Position numbers and translations under genes: made by a program
The notes under the pieces: model-generated
Databases searched by the model: none
The model's input: only the letters and a program-made list of their open reading frames with translations
What the model was told of the DNA's origin: nothing
Shown here: positions 25,921 to 37,524 of the stretch, piece after piece
How positions within the stretch are numbered: position 1 is the stretch's first letter
Layout: every line of letters begins with the position of its first letter
NCBI GenBank assembly: GCA_965247925.1
Contig: CBDFIB010000004.1
Coordinates: 195,499 to 259,498 of the forward strand
DNA: 64,000 bases
DNA from: Dehalococcoidia bacterium
GTDB lineage: Bacteria > Chloroflexota > Dehalococcoidia > UBA2979
Direction: 5' to 3'

Positions 25921-26373
25921 TCAGCCCTGCGCCCAGTCCGGCAGCGTTGCCCCGGGCTCGGAGTCGTAGACGGCGATGTAGGGCTTGATGTCGAGCACCG
26001 GCGTGCCGTCGATGAGATCGAGGCCCTGCACCTCGACGGTCGCGTCGCGGACCGAACGCAGGCGGCAGACGGTGACGGCGAGCGGGTTTGGGCGCGCGCC
26101 CCCGCGCAGCGCCAGCGCGCCGAGCAAGGGCAGCCGCTCGTCGCCGCCGGGGTGCGCCTGCCGCCGCTCGCGCAGCTCCGGCGGGATGCGATCGAGCCAG
26201 CCGACGACGATGACATGGGAGAATCCCTCGAGACCGTCGAGCGCCGGCGCCAGATCGGGCTGCAGCTCGATGCGGCTGCGGACGCGCGACCAGTCCTGCC
26301 GCGCGGGGTCGCGCTCGCCGTTGCGCACGACGCCGATCGGGGTGAGCGAGATCGGGTCGGAAGGCTCCGCCAT
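25921..26373 (-). CDS. tsaA: tRNA (adenine37-N6)-methyltransferase TsaA/TrmO (YaeB family)
   Basis: PIGVVRN...SHVIVVGWLDR...DGTPVLDIKPY TsaA fold motifs. Confidence 0.8.
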   Translation of the reverse strand: MAEPSDPISLTPIGVVRNGERDPARQDWSRVRSRIELQPDLAPALDGLEGFSHVIVVGWLDRIPPELRERRQAHPGGDERLPLLGALALRGGARPNPLAVTVCRLRSVRDATVEVQGLDLIDGTPVLDIKPYIAVYDSEPGATLPDWAQG

Positions 26374-26634
26374 GGCAGCGATTTCCCGTCGTGCGCGCGC
26401 GCCTCGGACGGCTGCTCAGCCGCCGCGCCAGGCCACCGTCGGAGAGCGCCGAAGGCTCGTATCCGCTATACTATGCATGTGCTGGTGAGAGTAGGTCCCT
26501 CGTCGTCGTTCCCCTGCGCCGCCAACCCGCGAGAGACCTCCTTGCCTGACGCGGACCCCACCTCCCCGGCAAGCACGAACGAGGCGCGTTTCGGCCTCCA
26601 GCGCGTCCGATTCCGCGCACCCCGCGCGGGCTGA

Positions 26635-28683
<2,049 letters not shown>

Positions 28684-28700
28684 CGACCCCGAGACCGGGC

Positions 28701-29183
28701 ATGACCAGCAGCGACGACTCCCCGCCGCCCCTCCACGTCGAGTTCGACGCTGCCGAGGCGTGCCCGATCGCGTTCGACGGCGACCCGTCCGTGGTGCTGT
28801 ACTTCGCCTCGTGGGCGTTCTCGCTGCGCTTCGGGGCGCAGCACGAGCTGGCGCAGGCCGCGCGCCGCATCGAGACGCTCCACAAGGTGGCGTTGCGCCC
28901 GCTGCTGCGTTACGCCGACCGCCGCGTCGAGGACCAGGCGGACCGCCTCGAGCTCGAGCGGATGTGGCAGGATCCCGCGCCGCTCGCCGAATGCTGCCGC
29001 GCCGTCGCCGCAGCGACCACCGCCGGCGACCGTCAGCTCGACGAGCTGATCGAGGGCTACGAGGACCTCGCGCCGCGGCTCCAGGAGCTGGCGGCGATGT
29101 GCGACTGGGCCGCCTCGCAGGGCGCGCGCGTGCGGCTCTCGTTCGACCTCGGCGACCCGGGCCCGTCTGCCGGCGGCGTTTGA
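28701..29183 (+). CDS. Hypothetical protein (160 aa)
   Basis: ORF immediately after gyrB with genome-typical codon usage and no recognisable motif. Confidence 0.45.
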   Translation: MTSSDDSPPPLHVEFDAAEACPIAFDGDPSVVLYFASWAFSLRFGAQHELAQAARRIETLHKVALRPLLRYADRRVEDQADRLELERMWQDPAPLAECCRAVAAATTAGDRQLDELIEGYEDLAPRLQELAAMCDWAASQGARVRLSFDLGDPGPSAGGV

Positions 29184-29214
29184 GCACCGATCGCCGGCGT
29201 GTCACGATTCACGC

Positions 29215-29907
29215 ATGACCTTTGAGCGGGCGCGCCTCGACGAATACGAACGCCTGTTGAGCCACCGGGGGCTGGCCGCGACGGGGCTGCGCTGGGTGCT
29301 CGGCCCGCAGGGCGCGTTCGTGATGAACGGGCCGCTGCTGCGGCTGCCCGACGAGCTGAGCATGGAGCCGAGCCTGCGCGTGCTCGATATCGGCTGCGGG
29401 CGCGCCTCGGTGCTGCGCTTCATGGACGGGCGCGTGCGCTTCGACCGCCAGCCCGTCGGCGTCGACTTCTCGCGCACGATCCTGCGGCACGCGCAGCGCG
29501 ACGCGGCGGGGACGGCGCGCCCGCCCGCGCTCGTGCAGGGCTCGGCGACGAGCCTGCCGATCGCCTCGGGCTCCTTCGACCTCGTGCTCTGCGGCTACGT
29601 CGTGAAGCACCTCGACGACGACGGCCTGCGCGATCTGCTCGACGAGATCTGGCGCGTGCTCGCGCCGGGCGGACTGGCGCTGATCTGGGAGTTCGCACCA
29701 ACAGGGCGGCGCTTCCTCGATGCCTGGAACCGGCGCTGGATGGGCCGCCACGTGCGCTCGCCGCAACTGCGCTCCGGCCGCACGCTGCTGCGCTTCGCGC
29801 AGGCTGCCGGCTTCCCGTTCGCCATCGAGGCGGGACTGCGCCCCTTCCTGCTGCCGCCGGTCCCGCGCGCCTCGATCCTGACCGGCCGCCCGCCCGACGA
29901 GGAGTGA
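29215..29907 (+). CDS. Class I SAM-dependent methyltransferase
   Basis: VLDIGCGRAS motif I. DLVLCGYVVKHL, VLAPGG post-II/III motifs. Confidence 0.75.
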   Translation: MTFERARLDEYERLLSHRGLAATGLRWVLGPQGAFVMNGPLLRLPDELSMEPSLRVLDIGCGRASVLRFMDGRVRFDRQPVGVDFSRTILRHAQRDAAGTARPPALVQGSATSLPIASGSFDLVLCGYVVKHLDDDGLRDLLDEIWRVLAPGGLALIWEFAPTGRRFLDAWNRRWMGRHVRSPQLRSGRTLLRFAQAAGFPFAIEAGLRPFLLPPVPRASILTGRPPDEE

Positions 29908-29917
29908 CGGCGGCCGG

Positions 29918-30532
29918 TCAGGCCCCGTAAAGCCTGAGGCTGGCGATGCGCTGCCGCACGGCGGCTGGCAGCACCGGCGCGGTCGGCTCGCCCTCGCGCA
30001 GCCGGCGGCGCAACTCCGAGGCCGAGACATCGAGGCGCGGGATTGGTACGCGATCAACACGCGTGGACAGGCCGGGGAACGCCTCCACCGCCGCTGGGGG
30101 CAAGGCTGTCCCGCCCGCGCCGGCCTCGTCGCCGCGCTGCGCGAGCGCCAGGCGCGCCAGCTCGAGGATGCGCTCCGGCTCGCGCCAGTTCGGCAGGTCG
30201 GCGAGGGCGTCCCAACCGAGGATGAACCACCACTCCTGGCCCGGCGCCTCGGCCCGCAACTCCTCCAGCGTCTCGGCCGTGTAGCTCGGGCCGGACCGCC
30301 GCACCTCGATGTCGCTCACCTCGGCCCAGGGCAGCACGTCTTCGACGGCGGCGCGGGTCAGCGCGAGGCGGTCGGCCGCCGGCGAAACGTTGCTGTCCGC
30401 CTTGCGCCAGGGGTCGCCCGCCGACGCCAGCAGCACGCGGTCGAGGGCGAGCGCCTGCCTCGCGGCTGCGGCCAGCACCAGGTGCGCGAGGTGTGGCGGA
30501 TCGAAGGTGCCGCCGAGGATGCCAATGCGCAC
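29918..30532 (-). CDS. nadD: Nicotinate-nucleotide adenylyltransferase
   Basis: GILGGTFDPPHLAH (H/T-x-GH nucleotidyltransferase motif). Confidence 0.85.
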   Translation of the reverse strand: MRIGILGGTFDPPHLAHLVLAAAARQALALDRVLLASAGDPWRKADSNVSPAADRLALTRAAVEDVLPWAEVSDIEVRRSGPSYTAETLEELRAEAPGQEWWFILGWDALADLPNWREPERILELARLALAQRGDEAGAGGTALPPAAVEAFPGLSTRVDRVPIPRLDVSASELRRRLREGEPTAPVLPAAVRQRIASLRLYGA

Positions 30533-30537
30533 CGCCG

Positions 30538-31836
30538 CTACTCCCAGACCAGTGCCGTCTCGCCGACGCGGATCGTCGTGCCGGGCGTCACGCCCGCGCG
30601 CGAGAGCGCCCGCGCCAGGCCAAGCCGGCGCAGCCGGTCAAGCAGCTCCTGACGCGCCTCTTCATCATCGAGGTCGAACGTCGCGGCCAGCCACTCCGGA
30701 GTGCGCCCGCGCACGATGACCCGCCCTCCCTCGTCGCGTTCGATGCGGAAGCGCTCGCGCCGCACCTCGCGCGGTTCGACCAGTGGCGGCGGCTCCTCCT
30801 CGGCCTGCGCACTCATGAGCTGCTCCCGCAGCAGCTGGAAGGCGCGCTCGGCGAGTTGCCGCGTGCCCTCGTGCGCAGCGGCCGATATCGCGAGCCACGG
30901 CGTCTCCTGCGCCTCCAACTGCTCTTCGAGCAACTCGACGTGCATCCGCGCGTCCGGGTCGTCGATCTTGTTGAGCGCGAGCAGTTGCGGCTTCTCGGCG
31001 AGGCCGTGCCCGAACGTCGCCAGCTCGCGGTCGATCAGCTCGCGGTCGGCGAGCGGGTCGTTGCGCGTCATGTCGAGGACGTGCACGAGCACACGCGTGC
31101 GCTCGATGTGCCGCAGGAACTCGTGTCCGAGGCCGACGCCCTGACTTGCGCCCTCGATGAGCCCCGGCATGTCCGCCGCGACGAACGAGTCATAGCCGAG
31201 CTCGACGACGCCGAGCTCAGGCTCGAGCGTGGTGAACGGGTAGGCCGCCACCTTCGGGTGCGCGGCCGACCACGCGCCCAGCAGCGTCGACTTGCCCGCG
31301 TTCGGCAGCCCGACGAGGCCGACGTCCGCGAGCAGCTTCAGCTCCAGGAGCAGGCGGCGCCGCTCGCCCGACATGCCCCGCTGCGAGAAGCGCGGCGTAC
31401 GGCGGGTCGCGGTCGCGAAGCGCTTGTTGCCCCAGCCGCCGCGGCCACCCCTCGCGACGATCGCCTGCGCGCCCTCGAACACGAGGTCGGCGAACGGGCT
31501 GGCGCTCTCCGCACGAGACACCTCGTCCACTTCCTCGCCGGAGCCGAGGTCCCAGACCACGCAGCCGACCGGAACGGGCAGCCATAAGTCCTCGCCCGCC
31601 GCACCCTTGCGCTGCGAGAAACTGCCCGGCTGCCCGTGCTGCGCCGCCCGCGTTCTGCCATCCCGGTAGGCGCCGAGGCCGTTCACCGTGCGGTTGGCTA
31701 CAAGCCCCACGGCGCCACCCCGGCCGCCGTCGCCACCATCCGGGCCGCCGTGCGGCACGAACTTCTCGCGACGGAACGAGACGATGCCGTCGCCGCCCTT
31801 GCCAGCTGCTACTTCGATCTCCACTTGGTCAATCAC
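30538..31836 (-). CDS. obg: GTPase Obg/CgtA
   Basis: Gly-rich Obg fold N-domain and GTPase motifs (GLPNAGKST, DMPGLIEGA, NKID). GTG start at 31836 with GGAG 8 nt upstream. Confidence 0.9.
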   Translation of the reverse strand: MIDQVEIEVAAGKGGDGIVSFRREKFVPHGGPDGGDGGRGGAVGLVANRTVNGLGAYRDGRTRAAQHGQPGSFSQRKGAAGEDLWLPVPVGCVVWDLGSGEEVDEVSRAESASPFADLVFEGAQAIVARGGRGGWGNKRFATATRRTPRFSQRGMSGERRRLLLELKLLADVGLVGLPNAGKSTLLGAWSAAHPKVAAYPFTTLEPELGVVELGYDSFVAADMPGLIEGASQGVGLGHEFLRHIERTRVLVHVLDMTRNDPLADRELIDRELATFGHGLAEKPQLLALNKIDDPDARMHVELLEEQLEAQETPWLAISAAAHEGTRQLAERAFQLLREQLMSAQAEEEPPPLVEPREVRRERFRIERDEGGRVIVRGRTPEWLAATFDLDDEEARQELLDRLRRLGLARALSRAGVTPGTTIRVGETALVWE

Positions 31837-32071
31837 GGGATCTACTCCACACCGGAACGAGGAGATTTGTCCACGAGCGGGTAGGAATCGGGGAATAGTG
31901 GGATGGTTGGGAGTTGTAGTAGTAGGACTGTGGGCCCCGTGGAGATCCCGAGGAACCGCAGGCGCGGGCGCGAGAGTGGCGTCCGGGCGTGTGTGGGGTC
32001 GGGCGGGAGCGGTGCGGGCGGGTCGTGGCTAACTGGCGGGCCGTTGTGGATGGCCGCCCGCCGCGGCCCGG

Positions 32072-32092
32072 GGATATGCGGGCCGCATATCC
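32072..32092. promoter_or_regulatory. Perfect 21-bp palindrome GGATATGCGG-g-CCGCATATCC (candidate dimeric-regulator operator, or hairpin)
   Basis: Read directly from the sequence. It lies in the 340-bp non-coding gap between coaBC and obg. It has an AT-rich core in a GC-rich background. Confidence 0.35.
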
Positions 32093-32174
32093 GGAGGGGC
32101 GGGGGTTACCCGGAACCCGTACACGGCGTGAGCCGGGGTTACCCACAGCGTGTCCGAGGGCTATGGATGCGGCC

Positions 32175-33398
32175 TCAGCCGGTGGGCGCGCTCGCCAGCA
32201 GCGCGGCGACGCGGTCAAGGATGTGCAGTGAGCAGTCGTACTTGGAGAGTAGCGGCAGCGCCTCGCGTCCGCCCTCGCGATCGAGGATCACGATGCGGTT
32301 CGTGTCCACCGCGAAGCCGGCGTCCGGGGCGCTCACGTCGTTGGCGACGATCAGCTGCGCGCCCTTCGCCTCCAGCTTGAGGGCGGCGTTCTCGATCACG
32401 TCGTCGGTCTCGGCGGCGAAGGCAACCTTGATCAGGCCCTCGCCCGCTATCGAGGCGATCAGGTCAGGGTTGCGCTCCAGTTCGAGCGACCAGTGTTCGA
32501 GGCCGCCGCGCTTCTGCTTGCGATCCAGGGCCTCGCTCGGGCGGTAGTCGGCGACGGCGGCAGCCATGATTAGCGCGTCGCAGCGAGGCACGTGCAGCTG
32601 CAGCGCGGCGAGCATCTCCTGCGCGGTCTCGACATGGACGACCTCGGTAGCCTCGGGAGGGGCGAGTTCGGCGCTGGTGATCAGCACGACGTGGGCGCCG
32701 CGGTCGCGCGCCGCCTCGGCGACGGCGTGGCCCATCTTGCCGGTCGAGCGGTTGCCGATGAAGCGCACGGGGTCGGCCGGCTCGCGGGTGCCGCCGGCGG
32801 TGACCGCGATGCGCACGCCGGCGAGGTCGCCGTACTCGCGCCCAATGCGTGTCTTCACATGGGCCACGATCGCGGCCGGTTCCATCAGCCGCCCCGCGCC
32901 CACCTCGCCGGAAGCGAGCCGGCCCTCGACGGGCCCGAGGAACTCGATGCCGCGCGAGCGGAGCGTCGCGGCGTTCTGCTGAGTCGCGGCATTCGCCCAC
33001 ATCTGTGCATCCATTGCGGGCGCAATCAGCACGGGCCCGCGCATCGCCAGCGCCGTCAGCGAGACGAAGTCGTCGGCGATCCCGTGCGCGATCCGCGCAA
33101 TCGTCGAGGCGCTCGCGGGCACGATCAGGTAGAGGTCGGCGCTGCGGCCGAGCGCGACATGCGGCTCGGCGTGCGGCCCGGCCGTCGCCCAGAGGTCGAC
33201 GAAGGGCGCATTCCCCGTGATGCCGCGGAAGGTCAGTGGTCCGACGAACCTGGTGGCGGCCTCGGTCATCACGACCTCGACGGTCGCCGCCGCCTGCACG
33301 AGGCGGCTTGTGACCTCGATGGACTTGTAGGCGGCGATCGAGCCGCTCACCCCGAGGACGATCGTGCGTCCGGCCAGCGGCCCCGGCAGCGCGCTCAC
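32175..33398 (-). CDS. coaBC: Bifunctional phosphopantothenoylcysteine decarboxylase / synthetase
   Basis: Flavoprotein domain (IVLGVSGSIAAYK) plus DFP domain. GTG start at 33398 overlaps the coaX stop (GTGA). The 180-codon upstream extension in the track is Arg-rich junk. Confidence 0.85.
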   Translation of the reverse strand: MSALPGPLAGRTIVLGVSGSIAAYKSIEVTSRLVQAAATVEVVMTEAATRFVGPLTFRGITGNAPFVDLWATAGPHAEPHVALGRSADLYLIVPASASTIARIAHGIADDFVSLTALAMRGPVLIAPAMDAQMWANAATQQNAATLRSRGIEFLGPVEGRLASGEVGAGRLMEPAAIVAHVKTRIGREYGDLAGVRIAVTAGGTREPADPVRFIGNRSTGKMGHAVAEAARDRGAHVVLITSAELAPPEATEVVHVETAQEMLAALQLHVPRCDALIMAAAVADYRPSEALDRKQKRGGLEHWSLELERNPDLIASIAGEGLIKVAFAAETDDVIENAALKLEAKGAQLIVANDVSAPDAGFAVDTNRIVILDREGGREALPLLSKYDCSLHILDRVAALLASAPTG

Positions 33399-34165
33399 CG
33401 GTTCGCCTCGTAGACCAGGCGCAGGCCCTCGAGGTTGAGATCGTCCTCGATGGCATCGATGCAGCAGGCCGCGTCGGCGATCACATGGGCGTAGCCGCCG
33501 GTAGCGATCACTTTGGCGTGGGCGCCGATCTCGGCCTTGAGACGCCGCACCATGCCGCAGACCATCTCGGCGTAGCCGTAGACGATGCCCGACTGCATGG
33601 AGTGCCTGGTGTTGCGGCCGATCACGCCCTCCATTCGCGGACGCTCGATGCGGACACAGGGCAGCTTCGCCGCGCGCGCGAACAGCGCGTCCGAGGCGAT
33701 GCCGATGCCGGGCGCGATCGTCCCGCCCAGGTAGTCGCCCTCGGCCGAGACCGCGTCGAGGACGAGCGCCGTGCCGAGATCGACGACGATCAGCGGGGGC
33801 GAATGCCGGGCGAGCGCCGCGACGGCGTGCAGGATGCGATCCGCCCCGACCTCGTGCGGGTCGTCGCAGTGGATCGGGATTCCGGCCTGCATGTCCGCGC
33901 CGACGACGAGCGGCTCGCAGCCGAAGCTGTCGCGGCACACTGAGCCGAAGACGGCATCGAGGACGGGGACGGTGGAGGAGATGGCTGCGCCGCTAATCTG
34001 CTGCGGCTCGACGCCGTGGTGACACAGTTGGTCGGCGAGATCGCGCGCATACTCGGCGGCGGGGCGGTCGGCATCCGTGGCCATGCGCAGCCGCGAGGAG
34101 AGGACCGGCCCGTCGTAGACGCCGATCGTGATGCTCGTGTTGCCGATGTCGATGGCGAGAAGCAG
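33395..34165 (-). CDS. coaX: Type III pantothenate kinase
   Basis: N-terminus LLLAIDIGNTSITIGVYDG (CoaX DxGNT motif) lies in frame upstream of the track ATG at 34084. A TAG sits at 34199-34201 with no ATG/GTG/TTG between, so a CTG start at 34165 is proposed. Confidence 0.8.
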   Translation of the reverse strand: MLLAIDIGNTSITIGVYDGPVLSSRLRMATDADRPAAEYARDLADQLCHHGVEPQQISGAAISSTVPVLDAVFGSVCRDSFGCEPLVVGADMQAGIPIHCDDPHEVGADRILHAVAALARHSPPLIVVDLGTALVLDAVSAEGDYLGGTIAPGIGIASDALFARAAKLPCVRIERPRMEGVIGRNTRHSMQSGIVYGYAEMVCGMVRRLKAEIGAHAKVIATGGYAHVIADAACCIDAIEDDLNLEGLRLVYEANR

Positions 34166-34594
34166 GGTGGAACTCCAGGGGCTGGTCCGGAGGGACCGCT
34201 ACGGGAGGTGGCGGGTCGCGATGCGGCGCTGCCCGTCGGGGTGGGTTCGTGAGGTTGCGAGCGCGCGGATTGTACACAGTTCATCCCAAGATCGCCCTGT
34301 GATGGCAACGGTGGTGGGAAAAGCGGCTCAGTGCCCACATAACAGGCTTGTGCGGCGGGCTGTGGATTCGCTAGCCTCCCGTCTGCCAAGGGCATCGACA
34401 TCGCTGTGGGGCACCTTCGGAGCGGATAGCGGGGCGAGGGGGCGGCTGGCCCTCAGTAGGCAGAATCGTGCGTCCGGTGGCGTGCGCGTGTTACCAACAC
34501 GTGTGCATTGGTCGTTGACATCCACGCCAGGAGTCGGTTTCCGGCGCGCTCACCCCGAGCCGGCGGGCGGCGAGAGCGCCGGAAGGGTACAAGG

Positions 34595-35944
34595 GTGCAG
34601 CAAGACCCGGCCCAGCTCTGGCAGTCCGCACTCCGCTACCTCCGGCAGCACGTTTCCGAGGCCAACTACCAGACCTGGCTCGCCGATACCGAGGGAGTCC
34701 GCCTCGACGGCTACACGCTGATCATCGGCACGCGCTCCGAGTTCGTTACGGAGTGGCTGCAGCAACGCCTCCGGCCCTTGATGCTGCGGACGCTCACGGA
34801 CCTCGCCGATCGCCCGATCGAAGTCGCGTTCGAGCCGTTGCGCCCTCCGGCGGACGACTCGCCGCTGCTGCAGCGGTCGGGCCCGACCGACCGCGGGAGG
34901 CCGGCCTACCCGCGCCCGAGGCTGCACGCTCGCTACGTCTTCGACAACTTCATCGTCGGGCCGGGCAACAGGCTGGCCTTCGCGGCGGCCGAGGGCGTCG
35001 CCGATTCTCCAGGCACGCTGCACAACCCGCTCTTCCTCTACGGCGCGGTCGGCCTCGGCAAGACGCACCTCCTGCAGGGCATCGGTCACCGCCTGGTCAA
35101 GGAGCGGCGGCAGATCACCTACATCTCCGCCGAGCAGTTCACGAACGACCTGGTCACCGCGATTCAGCAACGCACGCAAGAGGAATTCCGCACGCGCTAC
35201 CGCTCCACCGACGCGCTGCTGATCGACGATATCCAGTTCGTCAGGGGCAAGGAGGCCACGCAGGAGGAGCTGTTCCATACCTTCAACAGCCTCTACGAGG
35301 CCGAGAGCCAGATCGTCATCACCTCCGACAAGAGCCCGGTGCTGATCCCGGACCTCGAGGAGCGCCTGCGCTCGCGCTTCGAGTGGGGAATGATCGCGGA
35401 CATCCAGGCGCCAGACCTGGAGACGAGGGTCGCGATCCTGCGCTCGAAGGCCGAGGAGCAGCGCCTGCGGATCGACGATGACGCCCTGCACGTCATCGCG
35501 CGGCGCTTCACCAGCAACATCCGCGAGCTCGAGGGCTCCCTGACGCGCGTCCTCGCCTACTCGCGGCTGACCGGCGAGCGGATTGAGCCCGCGCTCGTGC
35601 AGTCCGCGCTCGCCTCGCTCGACCCGACGGAGCCACGGCTGCCGCCGTCGCCGGAGGCGATCCTCGACGTCGTCTGCCGCTACTTCGAGATTGACCGGGA
35701 GGCGCTGCTCTCGAAGAGCCGCGAGAAGCGCGTCGCCTACCCGCGCCAGCTGGCGATGTACCTGATGCGGGAGCTCGCGCACCGCTCGCTCGCCGAGATC
35801 GGACAGACCCTCGGCGGCCGCGACCACTCCACGGTCCACCATGGCTGGAGCAAGATGGAGCGCTCCGTCAAGGTCGACCCCGAGACGAAGCGCGACATCG
35901 GTACGCTGCGCGAGCTGGTCGAGCGCGCCCGCGAGGTCGCGTAG
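34595..35944 (+). CDS. dnaA: Chromosomal replication initiator protein
   Basis: Domain I (LWQ...L), AAA+ ([19 protein letters not shown]), domain IV HTH ([13 protein letters not shown]). GTG 34595 with GGAAGGG upstream is preferred over ATG 34508. Confidence 0.9.
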   Translation: MQQDPAQLWQSALRYLRQHVSEANYQTWLADTEGVRLDGYTLIIGTRSEFVTEWLQQRLRPLMLRTLTDLADRPIEVAFEPLRPPADDSPLLQRSGPTDRGRPAYPRPRLHARYVFDNFIVGPGNRLAFAAAEGVADSPGTLHNPLFLYGAVGLGKTHLLQGIGHRLVKERRQITYISAEQFTNDLVTAIQQRTQEEFRTRYRSTDALLIDDIQFVRGKEATQEELFHTFNSLYEAESQIVITSDKSPVLIPDLEERLRSRFEWGMIADIQAPDLETRVAILRSKAEEQRLRIDDDALHVIARRFTSNIRELEGSLTRVLAYSRLTGERIEPALVQSALASLDPTEPRLPPSPEAILDVVCRYFEIDREALLSKSREKRVAYPRQLAMYLMRELAHRSLAEIGQTLGGRDHSTVHHGWSKMERSVKVDPETKRDIGTLRELVERAREVA

Positions 35945-36125
35945 CCGGCGCACACCCGTCCTGCGCTGCCCGCCGATACGGCCGAACGATCGGAGCGCAG
36001 CCACAGCGCGTACCGCCAGCGGCAGCGATGTGCTGGCGCACGACTGACGCAGGCGGGGCGCTAGCAGGGTGATGAAAAAGTCCGCGGCGGCGCTTTTGGG
36101 CTGAAATCGCGCTGGTCGCGACATC

Positions 36126-36147
36126 AAAAACCCCAATGTTTCTGGGC
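36126..36147 (-). terminator. Possible terminator hairpin for the Eis-like gene (CCCAG-AAACA-UUGGG + GUUUUU)
   Basis: Weak stem, U-tract on the minus strand. Convergent gap between dnaA and the Eis-like gene. Confidence 0.25.
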
Positions 36148-36215
36148 TCTACGCCAGCCCACCGAATGGCCAGTGAGACCTTACGGCTCAGGATCAGGAG
36201 TTTTTCAGCAGCCTG

Positions 36216-37457
36216 CTAGAACTGATCCGCGCACCAGGGGGCGGTGTGCCAGGCGAAGAGCGCGTCGGCGAGGCGCAGGGCCTCGGGGGAGCCTTCGATG
36301 CGGCCCGCCCGGGCGAGCTCCGTGGGTGAGACCCCGCCGAGGTAGACCGCCGCGAGGTCCCCGGCGCCGAGGGTGAGATCGCCCGGGGCGTCGCTGGGAC
36401 GGCAACGCCCGGTGCCGTCCTCCACGTCGATCTCAACGCGGCCGGCGGCCCAGGGACCGAAGGGGTCGCGCACATCAAGGACGAGGCGGCCGTCGGCCAG
36501 GTAGCTGGGCCCTTCGAGGGCCGCGGGCACGTCGAGGATGCGGAGCCAGAGGTTGTCGAGGCGCAGGCGGCGGAGGCGGCGGAGGCGGCGCGGGTCGGCC
36601 AGCATCCACGGGAGCGGGTCGTCGGGCGGGCGGTTGTGGGCCTCGATCGCCTCGACGAGGTCGACACCGAAGACGTAGCGCCAGAGGGCGGTCTCGGCTG
36701 CAGGGTTCGTCGCGACGAGCTCGTGGAGGCGGAGCGATCCGCGGGCAATACCCTCCGCCGAGCCGGCCCTGACGGCGTAGCTGGCGTAGCCCTCGAGGCC
36801 GGAGTGGCCGCTGTATTCGACGTACTGGCGCCTGGTGAAGCCGTCCTCGGGCTTCTCGCTGCGGGGGACGACGAAGGCGCCCCACCAGGCCGGGGTGCGG
36901 GCGATCATCCCGGGCCGGGCTTCGCGCAGGCGCTCGTAGAGGGGCGGCCAGCGCTCGCGTGCGGCCTCCGGGGCGACGAACCGGATCTCACCACCCGGAG
37001 CGGCGGGAGCCGCGGGAACGAAGTCGGTGTGGCGCCGGTCGATACTCACGCGGTCGGCTTGCGCCGCCATGCCGTAACCGAAGCGGCCGTAGATGAGGCT
37101 TTCGGACGCCGTGAGGGCGGCGAGCGGTTCGCCTCGCTCGCGGATGGCATCGAGCTGGCGGCGTGTGAGCTCCGTGAGGATGCCTCGCCGCCGGTGCGTG
37201 GGCGAGACGGTGACGGCGGTGACGCCGGCCGTCGGCAGGTCGCCGCCGGGGACGCTCATGGACAACGAGATGGCGTGCGTCTTCCCGACCAGCTCGTCGC
37301 CTTCGACGGCGCCGAGGCAGCGGTCGAACTCGATCTCGGATCGGACCTGCTCGCCCTCCTCGGCGGCGACCCCGACATCTTCGAGGAAGCCTCGGGCGTT
37401 GCTGACGACCCAGTCGCCCCAGTCGTCCTCGCTGAGCGTGCGATAGCTGATCGTCAC
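36216..37457 (-). CDS. Eis-like GNAT N-acetyltransferase (GNAT + SCP2-like C-terminal domain)
   Basis: 413 aa. GNAT motif A (RRRGILTEL). Length and architecture resemble the Eis family. Confidence 0.7.
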   Translation of the reverse strand: MTISYRTLSEDDWGDWVVSNARGFLEDVGVAAEEGEQVRSEIEFDRCLGAVEGDELVGKTHAISLSMSVPGGDLPTAGVTAVTVSPTHRRRGILTELTRRQLDAIRERGEPLAALTASESLIYGRFGYGMAAQADRVSIDRRHTDFVPAAPAAPGGEIRFVAPEAARERWPPLYERLREARPGMIARTPAWWGAFVVPRSEKPEDGFTRRQYVEYSGHSGLEGYASYAVRAGSAEGIARGSLRLHELVATNPAAETALWRYVFGVDLVEAIEAHNRPPDDPLPWMLADPRRLRRLRRLRLDNLWLRILDVPAALEGPSYLADGRLVLDVRDPFGPWAAGRVEIDVEDGTGRCRPSDAPGDLTLGAGDLAAVYLGGVSPTELARAGRIEGSPEALRLADALFAWHTAPWCADQF

Positions 37458-37524
37458 ATCACGACTATCGGCGGGTGACGGACAACGGGCCAGACGGAGC
37501 GCGGGCAGCGCGCCCCGCCCGCAC

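Noticed and set aside
32175-33938. 587-aa CoaBC ORF with a 180-aa N-terminal extension.
   Set aside because: The extension is Arg-rich junk overlapping coaX in another frame. The conserved flavoprotein N-terminus begins at GTG 33398, which overlaps the coaX stop.
34200-34594. Canonical DnaA-box cluster / oriC upstream of dnaA.
   Set aside because: Only 6-8 of 9 matches to TTATCCACA were found by eye, with no AT-rich DUE. This is recorded as a finding about atypical context rather than annotated as oriC.
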